A stretch of 64,000 nt of DNA from a bacterium (GTDB lineage: Bacteria; Patescibacteriota; Minisyncoccia; Moranbacterales; UBA2206), in assembly GCA_021785125.1 (NCBI GenBank), contig JAJYGF010000012.1, positions 16,612 to 80,611 on the forward strand. The letters are read 5' to 3'. The notes under the pieces are model-generated. The model was not told the DNA's origin, searched no databases, and saw only the letters and a program-made list of their open reading frames with translations. Numbering within the stretch: position 1 is the first letter of the stretch; every line of letters begins with the position of its first letter. Positions 55,942-64,000 of this stretch are shown here, one piece after another. Made by a program: the position numbers and the translations under genes.

Positions 55942-57777
55942 ATGGACAGACTAAAAAAATTTATCGTTCCCACAATCATTGCCGGCGTGTTGATAGCCAA
56001 TTTTTCTTTCGGCTTTCCGCGTCTGTCGCGCTATTCTTCCGTGGACGAACCATATTGGACTTACGCCCGCATCTCTAAGTTTTGGAACGCGATAGCGGCA
56101 CACAAGTGGAAAAGCACTAACATAAACGATAAACCGGGCATCACAGTCGTACTCCTGTCCGGCTTCGGACTGACAAAAATCAATCCGATGCAATACAAAT
56201 CTTTGCGCCAAGAACCGAAAACCGCCGGACAGCTCAATGACATCAATTACATAAATTTCATTTTCAGGCTTCCGATATTCCTTTTCGACCTGGCGATGCT
56301 TTTAGTTTTCTATTTTCTTCTCAAAAAACTTTTTAACCGTACGATCGCCCTGTTTTCCCTCATCTTCATCGGACTCTCTCCCATCTTGTTGGGCATTTCA
56401 CTCATCATCAATCCTGACGCGCTGCTATGGACTTTCCTGCCGCTTTCCATGATCGGTTATTTCGTATTTCAAAAAGAAAACAATCGCAAATACTTGATTT
56501 TAAGCGGAATCTTTTTGGGCCTGGCTCTTCTGACCAAATATGTCTCCAACATCCTATATGTCTTCTTCTTCACATTGCCATTTTTTGATTACATCTTCCG
56601 AGAAGAAAAGCCGGGACTGTCCCGCTTTCTGAGAAAATCGGGTATGGACTACCTTATCTTAGTCATTACTTCCATGATCACTTTTTTTATACTTTTTCCG
56701 GCCACATGGAAAAAACCTTCCATGGTTTTGAAAGGCACGTTTCTAAGCAAAGTTTTTCAGACAACTTGGCCGATTTTTGCCGCTATCATCGTTTTGATCG
56801 CAATCGATATTTATCTGCTTGAAAGTAAAAACGCCCGCCTTATCCTTGATAAGATCTCGCGCTATAAAAAAATCATCCTGCGCGTTGTTTTCGGACTGTT
56901 TCTGCTGGCAATCGCCATAGCCATGATCAATACTTACGCCGGCATGAAAATATACAACTTCGAATCAATCATCGCTTCGCCAAAAGGTTCAAGCGGATTG
57001 TTTGATCCTTATGTTTTTTCCGGCAAGATTTTGGCGGATTTCTTCGGCCTGATTTTCGGCGTTTCACCTCTCATCTTACTTTTTGCGGTTTATGCCATGC
57101 TCATCCCTTTCCGCAAAAAAATAAAGGCGGATACGGCTATGGCTGTCGTATTTTACTTTCTCCTGTTCATCGCTTTGTACTACATCGGGTCGACCGTGAA
57201 CAGCGTCGTCGCGACAGTACGCTATCAAATCGCGTTATACCCGCTTTTCCTGATCGTGGCCGCTATCGGACTGGAAAAGATTGTTTCAGATTTTAAGCTG
57301 AAAAAAATCATGCCGGAGATCACATTCTCCGTCTTGCTGATGGCGATTCTCATATTCAGCCTGTTTCAGATCAAGCCGTTCTATTTCGCCTACGCTTCAT
57401 CCATCCTTCCGTCCAACTACACCCTTAACCTCAAAGACATGGGCGACGGAAGTTACGAAGCGGCCGACTATCTGAACAGCCTGCCAAACGCCCAAAACAT
57501 GACCATCTGGTCGGACAAGGGCGCAGTATGCGCCGAGTTCCGAGGCAATTGCGTCATCGGATTCAAAACCGCGTATTTCCAAGGCAACAAATTCAGTTAT
57601 TTCGTCACTTCCACCGGAAGAAAATCCAGAACTTCGAAACTATATCATCATCTGAAAAACATAATTGATTTTCCGAAAGCTTACTCTACAAATCAATTTG
57701 CCAAAGAAATCTTGATCGGCAATCAGATCAATAACGTCATAAAAATAGTGCCGGGCAATATCGTGTACAAACAGTGA
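55942..57777 (+). CDS. GT-C (PMT/ArnT-like) glycosyltransferase
   Basis: DE motif (SVDEPYW), KPG, INPD, GLALLTKY. Confidence 0.82.
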   Translation: MDRLKKFIVPTIIAGVLIANFSFGFPRLSRYSSVDEPYWTYARISKFWNAIAAHKWKSTNINDKPGITVVLLSGFGLTKINPMQYKSLRQEPKTAGQLNDINYINFIFRLPIFLFDLAMLLVFYFLLKKLFNRTIALFSLIFIGLSPILLGISLIINPDALLWTFLPLSMIGYFVFQKENNRKYLILSGIFLGLALLTKYVSNILYVFFFTLPFFDYIFREEKPGLSRFLRKSGMDYLILVITSMITFFILFPATWKKPSMVLKGTFLSKVFQTTWPIFAAIIVLIAIDIYLLESKNARLILDKISRYKKIILRVVFGLFLLAIAIAMINTYAGMKIYNFESIIASPKGSSGLFDPYVFSGKILADFFGLIFGVSPLILLFAVYAMLIPFRKKIKADTAMAVVFYFLLFIALYYIGSTVNSVVATVRYQIALYPLFLIVAAIGLEKIVSDFKLKKIMPEITFSVLLMAILIFSLFQIKPFYFAYASSILPSNYTLNLKDMGDGSYEAADYLNSLPNAQNMTIWSDKGAVCAEFRGNCVIGFKTAYFQGNKFSYFVTSTGRKSRTSKLYHHLKNIIDFPKAYSTNQFAKEILIGNQINNVIKIVPGNIVYKQ

Positions 57778-57797
57778 CCTTCGTCTTCGGTCTCGGC

Positions 57798-57832
57798 GAT
57801 AATAAAACCGACTTTAAGTCGGTTTTATTATC
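57798..57832. terminator. Likely bidirectional terminator between convergent genes
   Basis: Perfect 17-bp arms GATAATAAAACCGACTT / AAGTCGGTTTTATTATC. Confidence 0.7.
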
Positions 57833-57853
57833 AAAAAATTCGGGCGGATTACA

Positions 57854-58798
57854 TTATTTATTTTTCTTCCGGATTACATATATCGGCCGTTGGATGACTT
57901 CTCGATGAATATTGGCCACATACATGGCAATCAGTCCGATTGACATCAAGATTATTCCAACCAAAAAGACGATGAAGATGGCCAAATTTTCAGCATCCGA
58001 AAAAGTGGAGGCGAAGGTGTGAAGATGCAAGAAGTATTTTTCAAGAAGTATGTAGGCACCCAAAATTCCCGATAGTAGAGTTATAAAAATTCCGAAATAT
58101 CCGGCCAACTTGAGCGGCAAGAGACTAAGAGACACGAAGCTATTCATGGCAAGCTTGACCAGCTTCCAAAAACTGTAACTGGCCGTCCCATTCAACCTTT
58201 CATTGGCATCAAAATAAACATACGCTCGCTTGAATCCCAACCAGTCGATAAGCGCGCGCGTCATACGATTGACTTCGGTAAACTGGTTGAATTCATTGAT
58301 CATGGCACGATTTATGAGTCGGAAATCGGTCGCATTCGGCACCACTTCGACTTCCGCAATCCGATTGAGAATTTTATAAAACAGCTTCGAGCCGGACTTT
58401 TTGATCCAGCTGTCGCTTTTGCTCCCCCTTCTGACTCCGACTACCACATCGTTCCCATCCTCCCATTTCCTTATAAATTCTGGAATCAATTCGGCCGGGT
58501 GCTGGAGATCGGAATCGATCATGATGCAGGCATCTCCTTTGCAATTGTTTATTCCGGCAGTGGTTGCCAGCTCCTTTCCGAAATTGCGCGAAAATGAAAC
58601 ATATCCGACCTCCCGATCTTCCAGGGCCAACTTTTCGATCTCGGCTTGAGTGTCGTCTCGGCTGCCATCATTCACAAAAAGGATTTCAAAAACATATTTG
58701 CCATTGAGCGGAGCGATGACTTCTTTCAATTTTTCATAGACCGGACGAATATTCTTTTCTTCGTTATAGGCCGGAATAATTATGCTGACAAGCTTCAT
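57854..58798 (-). CDS. GT2 undecaprenyl-phosphate glycosyltransferase (GtrB/ArnC-like)
   Basis: PAYNEE, NDGSRD, SRNFGKE, DSDLQHP, DFRL, two TMs, RPIY. Confidence 0.92.
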   Translation of the reverse strand: MKLVSIIIPAYNEEKNIRPVYEKLKEVIAPLNGKYVFEILFVNDGSRDDTQAEIEKLALEDREVGYVSFSRNFGKELATTAGINNCKGDACIMIDSDLQHPAELIPEFIRKWEDGNDVVVGVRRGSKSDSWIKKSGSKLFYKILNRIAEVEVVPNATDFRLINRAMINEFNQFTEVNRMTRALIDWLGFKRAYVYFDANERLNGTASYSFWKLVKLAMNSFVSLSLLPLKLAGYFGIFITLLSGILGAYILLEKYFLHLHTFASTFSDAENLAIFIVFLVGIILMSIGLIAMYVANIHREVIQRPIYVIRKKNK

Positions 58799-58918
58799 AA
58801 ACTGTTTCGGTGCTTATAATTAATTACTATCATAATAACAAAATTTGCCGGTTTTGCCAAGAATGCCGCCCGATCAGCGCCGTTACTATGCTGGGTCTTC
58901 GATTTATGTTAAAATGGC

Positions 58919-60652
58919 ATGGTTAACACATGCCGATATTTTATGAATTTAGAAACGATCAAAAAACATAAATGGGAATTCTGTTTTCTTCTGCTGATAA
59001 TCGCCGGCGGAACATTCCTGCGCGCGTACAATTTCACCAAATGGCTGCACTTCGAAATCGACCAAACTTACGATATCAACACCGTCTCCCCGGCTGTCGA
59101 AAAGGGCATTGCTAACCTGCCATTGGTCGGCCCTAATGTCGGCGGCGGAGCTTTGCGGCTAGGACCCGCTTTTTATTACATGGAATATTTGAGCGCTTTG
59201 ATTTTCGGCGATACTCCGCAAGGCCATGCCATGCAAGTTCTCATGCTGAATATCTTGTCCGTTCCGTTTTTTTATATCTTTATCCGCCGATATTTCTCAC
59301 GGGAGATCTCTATCGGACTTACAGCCGTATTTTCCTTCTCGCTCTACCATATCATGTATTCGCGCTTTTCCTGGAGTCCGAATGTTCTTCCGTTTCTGGT
59401 GATCCTTTCCTTCTACACATTGTTGCGCAGCGTCTCTAAACAGGAGAAGCATCCCGCCCGATGGTTTCTTATTTCAATTGCCGCCGTCACAATCACTTCC
59501 CAAATCCATTTCAATTCATTTTTCGTCGTTCCGCTGATCACAGCCCTATTTCTTCTTTTAAAAATGCCGCGCTTTCCATTGAAAGTATGGGCGGCCGCTT
59601 TGGCCATAATATTGATAATCTATTCCCCGTTAATCTTCAGCGACATTAAAACCGGCGGAGAAAATCTCGGCTATTTCAAAGACAAAATGAAAAAGACCAC
59701 TCGAAGCTATTTCAAGCCAAAAGAGGTCATACAGGCACTTGAATATGACGCGTACGGAAATTGGTTCATAATTTCAGGAAACGACCAGATAAACGGCGTC
59801 CGATTGACCAGTTTCGGCTTCGATTGCGCCGCCTGCAGACAAAATCTTCCGATAAAGTTATCGGCACTGGCGATTTTTTTCGCCGGCGCTTTTTTGTTGT
59901 TTTTCCGGATATTCAAAGAAAGAGATCCGGACAAGAAAAATTTCACCATTTTGATCTCTCTCTGGTTCCTGGTGTCCATTTATCTTCTATATACGATTGC
60001 CAAAAATTATCGGATGTATCCGCGGTTTTATCTGGTCATGAGCCCGATGGCTGTCATACTCTTCGGATTAATTTTGGATCACATCAAGCCCCACCTTGGC
60101 AAAATCCGCCTGGCCATCTTCAGCTTGATAATATTAGTCCTGGTCGGAATGAATGTTGGAAGAATAATTCCGATATTCGAGCAATTGGCCGACGTGCCTT
60201 ATTCCGCCGCCAAAAACATAGAAAACGGCGATATCTTCCCGAACACCAACCGACTGACGCTGGAAGAAGAAATCAATGTCGTAAACTATATAGAGAAAAA
60301 ACATCGTCAAAACGGCTTTCCCGTTTATCTGACGGCCAGATCGGAATATATATCGACATATTGGTATCTGTTGGAAAAACGAGGCGTCCATTATTATGGC
60401 GCCATTGGCAAAAAAAATCTGTATGCGCAAGGCAATTATTTTGACATAAAATTTTCCGATGACAGCCAAAGCACGGATTCAAGATTCAACATTTTGGAAA
60501 AGAAAGATATGGGCGCGGTCATAGTCTACTACATGGTTCCGAAGCCGAAAAACGCCACTGCCGAAAAACAAAATGCTTCCGACCGTAAAATATTCGGAGC
60601 AGATGATGAGCTTATGCAATTTTTAACCTGGAAAAAATTGTTTTCAAAATGA
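58919..60652 (+). CDS. GT-C (ArnT/PMT-like) glycosyltransferase, paralog 5
   Basis: LRAY..W..DQTYD, PLVGP..LGPAFYY, RFSWSPN; start may be 58943. Confidence 0.85.
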   Translation: MVNTCRYFMNLETIKKHKWEFCFLLLIIAGGTFLRAYNFTKWLHFEIDQTYDINTVSPAVEKGIANLPLVGPNVGGGALRLGPAFYYMEYLSALIFGDTPQGHAMQVLMLNILSVPFFYIFIRRYFSREISIGLTAVFSFSLYHIMYSRFSWSPNVLPFLVILSFYTLLRSVSKQEKHPARWFLISIAAVTITSQIHFNSFFVVPLITALFLLLKMPRFPLKVWAAALAIILIIYSPLIFSDIKTGGENLGYFKDKMKKTTRSYFKPKEVIQALEYDAYGNWFIISGNDQINGVRLTSFGFDCAACRQNLPIKLSALAIFFAGAFLLFFRIFKERDPDKKNFTILISLWFLVSIYLLYTIAKNYRMYPRFYLVMSPMAVILFGLILDHIKPHLGKIRLAIFSLIILVLVGMNVGRIIPIFEQLADVPYSAAKNIENGDIFPNTNRLTLEEEINVVNYIEKKHRQNGFPVYLTARSEYISTYWYLLEKRGVHYYGAIGKKNLYAQGNYFDIKFSDDSQSTDSRFNILEKKDMGAVIVYYMVPKPKNATAEKQNASDRKIFGADDELMQFLTWKKLFSK

Positions 60653-60663
60653 CGGATCGACTT

Positions 60664-61587
60664 CTATCTTTTGCTGTGAAGATATGTAGGCAAGGCAAAG
60701 AAACTGATGATCATCTGGATGAATCGGCTAAGGATGGCGACTGTCACCACGGCCGCCGGATCAATGCCAAACAGGCCGAAAAAAGTCACGTAAGCCCACT
60801 CCTGGATCCCGACATTGTTTATGCTGATCGGCACGGCTGAAACGATACAAACCAGGAATATCACCGACAGATAGCTCAAGACGCTTATTTGTATGCCCAA
60901 AGCCCAAAAAAGCAGCAGATTGGCGATGGCCACGCCTACGATCTGGAAAATTGCGCCCCAAAAAATCGCTTTAGCCAAAATTTTGTAATCGGCGCTGAAA
61001 CCTTGCGTCTCTTCAATGAAACGTGCCAATTTTTGCGGAATGCGCTCCAATATCCATTTCCAAAATCGCGCATTGCGCGATTTCACCACGAAAAAAAACC
61101 ATGCCAGAGCGATTATGATAAAAAGAGTGAAAAGAAGCAAAACATAGTTAGCCATGACGATCCTGATGTTTATCAGATTGAATAGCAGGGCGATCGCCAT
61201 AATGCCGATCAATCCGGTTACACGATCAATCGCTACTGCCGAAGCCGCTTCGATGTATTTCTTGCCGGCTTTTCCTGTCTGATACGCCTTGAACGTGTCT
61301 CCGCCGATGAAAGACGGCATAAAGTTGTTGATAAAAGTCCCAGCCAAATAAAGCCTGTAGTAGTCGCTGTAAGCATGCTTGATATCCTTGAAATGAGACA
61401 GGAACATCCATTTATAAGATGAAATGGCGATGCCTAGCAAGATGACAATCACATACAGGACGAGGATCCATGGATTGGCGATCCGGAGATAATGAATCAC
61501 CTGCGGCCAGTTGACTTTAAAAATCACCCACAACAAAAAGATTGCACTGATCAGGATCTTTATTCCGATTTTTATGAATTTATTCAT
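60664..61587 (-). CDS. UPF0104 / LPG-synthase TM (flippase-like) membrane protein
   Basis: NNFMPSFIGGD, DRVTG, VPISINNVGIQE. Confidence 0.85.
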   Translation of the reverse strand: MNKFIKIGIKILISAIFLLWVIFKVNWPQVIHYLRIANPWILVLYVIVILLGIAISSYKWMFLSHFKDIKHAYSDYYRLYLAGTFINNFMPSFIGGDTFKAYQTGKAGKKYIEAASAVAIDRVTGLIGIMAIALLFNLINIRIVMANYVLLLFTLFIIIALAWFFFVVKSRNARFWKWILERIPQKLARFIEETQGFSADYKILAKAIFWGAIFQIVGVAIANLLLFWALGIQISVLSYLSVIFLVCIVSAVPISINNVGIQEWAYVTFFGLFGIDPAAVVTVAILSRFIQMIISFFALPTYLHSKR

Positions 61588-62737
61588 CGCTCACCTTTTT
61601 GTATAGTTCGAAATATCTTTTCGCCACTTGCTCCCAACTTATGTTTTCCGCCAACTGCCGGCTGGCTTCCGCCATCGATTTTTGCAAATCTTCATCATCC
61701 ATGATCTTCTCGATTTTTTCAGCCAGATCATCCGGATCTTTCATTTTAACAACAAAGCCGTTTTTTCCATCAGCAACCAATTCTTTGGTTCCCCCCGTAT
61801 CGGTCGCTACCAACGGCAGACCGGATGCCAAAGCCTCGAGCATGGCGTTGCTCATCCCTTCATTCAATGAAGGCAGAACAAAAAGTCCGGCTTCTTGGTA
61901 ATAAGCGGGGGTTTTTTCGCGCGGAATACGTCCTAAAAATTCCACATTATTTTGCAAATCAAGCTGTTTCACCAATTCTTCGAATTCTTCTCTCGCATTT
62001 CCATCGCCCATCAGCTTCAATCGAACATTGGGATGCTGTCGGGAAACTTTTTTAATTGCCCGAATCAAATAGTCTATTCCTTTACGATGAGTTATTCGTG
62101 AAGCCCCGATAGTAATGATGAATTCATCTTTGCTCCGGAGAGCGGCATCCGGCCTAAACTTATCGACGTCGACGCCGTTATATATGATGCCGATTTCTTT
62201 TTCAGTCTTTGTCTTCAAAGCCAGTCCCTTCAATCCCTTGCTATTCGCGATCACAAATTCGGATTTTTTCCAAATGGACTTGATTAAGGGCGTGAGAATT
62301 CGATATATGAAGCCGAACCGGTCGCTATATCCAGGCACATCCGCGCCACGCAAAGAAACGATGTATGGCAAGCTGAATTGATATTTGAAAATCAATGACA
62401 GAAATCCGCACGGGACGGAGAAAAATGAATGAGTCAGATCGTATTTATTTTTTCGAGCCAGTCTGGCGGCATAAAAATACGCCTTCCACGCGTAAACGAT
62501 CAGTTCTTTTTGCGACTGGAAATGGAGATTTTTCTTATTTTTTCCGATCGGCACGCGATGTACCCGCACATTATTCCCGACTCTTTCAATGTGGTATTCT
62601 GGATCAATCGAGGAAGTTACCAGATCAACCTCCAGATCCGGAATTTTTGTATATTCGCTCAAAATATAGGAAGTGGCATTGGCCGCCCCACCCCCCAGTG
62701 GCGGATATTCGTAATTGAAAAACAAGACTTTTGTCAT
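61580..62737 (-). CDS. GT4 glycosyltransferase
   Basis: EYPPLGGG, RKG, EGMSNAMLEA. Confidence 0.93.
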   Translation of the reverse strand: MTKVLFFNYEYPPLGGGAANATSYILSEYTKIPDLEVDLVTSSIDPEYHIERVGNNVRVHRVPIGKNKKNLHFQSQKELIVYAWKAYFYAARLARKNKYDLTHSFFSVPCGFLSLIFKYQFSLPYIVSLRGADVPGYSDRFGFIYRILTPLIKSIWKKSEFVIANSKGLKGLALKTKTEKEIGIIYNGVDVDKFRPDAALRSKDEFIITIGASRITHRKGIDYLIRAIKKVSRQHPNVRLKLMGDGNAREEFEELVKQLDLQNNVEFLGRIPREKTPAYYQEAGLFVLPSLNEGMSNAMLEALASGLPLVATDTGGTKELVADGKNGFVVKMKDPDDLAEKIEKIMDDEDLQKSMAEASRQLAENISWEQVAKRYFELYKKVSDE

Positions 62738-62846
62738 AGCTCCATTGTAGCCCATCTCAGCCTTTCTTTCAATCAGATTGACTTTTGCCGCCAAAACCAA
62801 AACCCGACCTCATGGCCGGGTTTTATTTTGCGATACGCTCCGTTTG

Positions 62847-63038
62847 TTATTCGTCTTTCATCATCGAATCCATCTTTTTCATCATTTCATTTCTTTCTTT
62901 GTTCGACATATTGTCCATCATCTCCTTATGCTCCATCTTGGCGTGATTCAACATATTATTCCTGACTTCTTCCGGCGTATTTCCTCTGGCCACAAAATCG
63001 CAATCCGTGCCAAGATCGCGACACGCTAATGTTTTCAT
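62847..63038 (-). CDS. DUF1059-family small metal-binding protein
   Basis: MKTLACRDLGTDCDF..H...H; GAGGAGG RBS. Confidence 0.85.
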   Translation of the reverse strand: MKTLACRDLGTDCDFVARGNTPEEVRNNMLNHAKMEHKEMMDNMSNKERNEMMKKMDSMMKDE

Positions 63039-63184
63039 AATACGATTCACCTCCTCTCTAAAATATAAATCGATCGCGTAAACGATAAACGATCCATAAA
63101 TTATACAAGGAACCGGCAATTTCCATTTCAAGCAGAAAGACGGATTTCTCCGCCATTTCATAAGATCGCTTCAAAATTGAAACG

Positions 63185-64000
63185 TCACAGCTTGACGTTT
63201 TGATAGTCCACTTTGTCGCCTCTTCCGATCGCGTAGTATTCAAAGCCGGCGGATCGCATAGAGTAAGGATCAAAAAGATTTCTGCCGTCGAAAATAATCG
63301 GATTTTTCAAAAGCTTCTTCGCTCTTTCAAAATCTATGGAACGATATTCGGTAGTTTCCGTCCCGATCAGAAGCGCATCGCAACCTTCCAGTATCTTGTA
63401 TTTGTCATGTTCTTCATAGCTGACATTGCCGTTATTCTTGAGATACACTTCCCGCGCTTCCGTGATTGCCAAAGGGTCGTATGCCGCAATAGCCGCACCT
63501 CTTTTTGTCAGTTCGTCAATCATCACAATCGAGGCTGATTCGCGCATATCATTCGTCTTGGCCTTGAAAGCCAAGCCCCATAAAGCAAACTTTTTGCCTG
63601 CCAGGCCGGAACCGAACCTTGCGATCACTTTTCTCGGAATGACAGTTTTCTGATAATTATTGACGCCTTCGATGGCACGGAAAAGTTGCAGATATTCTTC
63701 CGGCAGCCCGCTTTTTTCCGCAAACGCGGTCAAGGCTTTCACATCTTTCGGAAAACAGCTGCCGCCATAGCCACAACTGGCATGCAAGAAGCTATTGCCG
63801 ATCCTTGGATCACTACCGATTCCTTCTGCAATGTTTTCTACATCCGTTCCCATAAGTTCAGATAGTCCAGCAATTGCGTTGATGAAAGAAATCTTCATGG
63901 CTAAATTCGTATTGCCGGTATATTTGGTCAATTCCGCGTCCCGGACGCCCATCGCATGAAAACGATCCTGGCGCATCATGAAAGGTTTGTATAATTTCCT
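63185..64000 (-). CDS. ugd: UDP-glucose 6-dehydrogenase (5' part outside window)
   Basis: AELTKY, KISFIN, GYGGSCFPKD, GLAFK..DMRES, DGRN. Confidence 0.93.
   Translation of the reverse strand, partial: RKLYKPFMMRQDRFHAMGVRDAELTKYTGNTNLAMKISFINAIAGLSELMGTDVENIAEGIGSDPRIGNSFLHASCGYGGSCFPKDVKALTAFAEKSGLPEEYLQLFRAIEGVNNYQKTVIPRKVIARFGSGLAGKKFALWGLAFKAKTNDMRESASIVMIDELTKRGAAIAAYDPLAITEAREVYLKNNGNVSYEEHDKYKILEGCDALLIGTETTEYRSIDFERAKKLLKNPIIFDGRNLFDPYSMRSAGFEYYAIGRGDKVDYQNVKL

Overview
This is a 64-kb chromosomal segment, most likely from a Patescibacteria/CPR bacterium (Parcubacteria, Moranbacteria-like). That assignment is inferred from the 16S features and gene content, not from a database search. 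From left to right: (1) a surface module with a catalytically dead HtrA, an LPATG-anchored protein next to a sortase, and secreted orphans; (2) rmlC-rmlB and a TnpA-only IS200; (3) an unlinked minus-strand 16S rRNA gene (~8766-11165) carrying an 862-nt group II intron with a frameshifted LAGLIDADG ORF, an ~80-nt hairpin expansion, and a long structured leader; (4) housekeeping genes (ABC-2 transporter, dinB with an in-frame palindromic insert, MATE, serS, lysS, greA, pyrG, rplI, ctpA); (5) a ~38-kb envelope-glycosylation region with LCP, 3 GT2, 5 GT4, a Wzy/ligase-like protein, about 8 GT-C membrane glycosyltransferases, flippases and nucleotide-sugar dehydrogenases. The best candidate for an undescribed system is a divergent RtcB-family ligase plus a thymidylate-kinase-like protein, tightly coupled between a GT4 and a Wzx flippase in the glycan operon. 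This suggests RtcB-type phosphodiester chemistry applied to a non-RNA substrate (inference). All calls are from manual motif reading; no searches were run.
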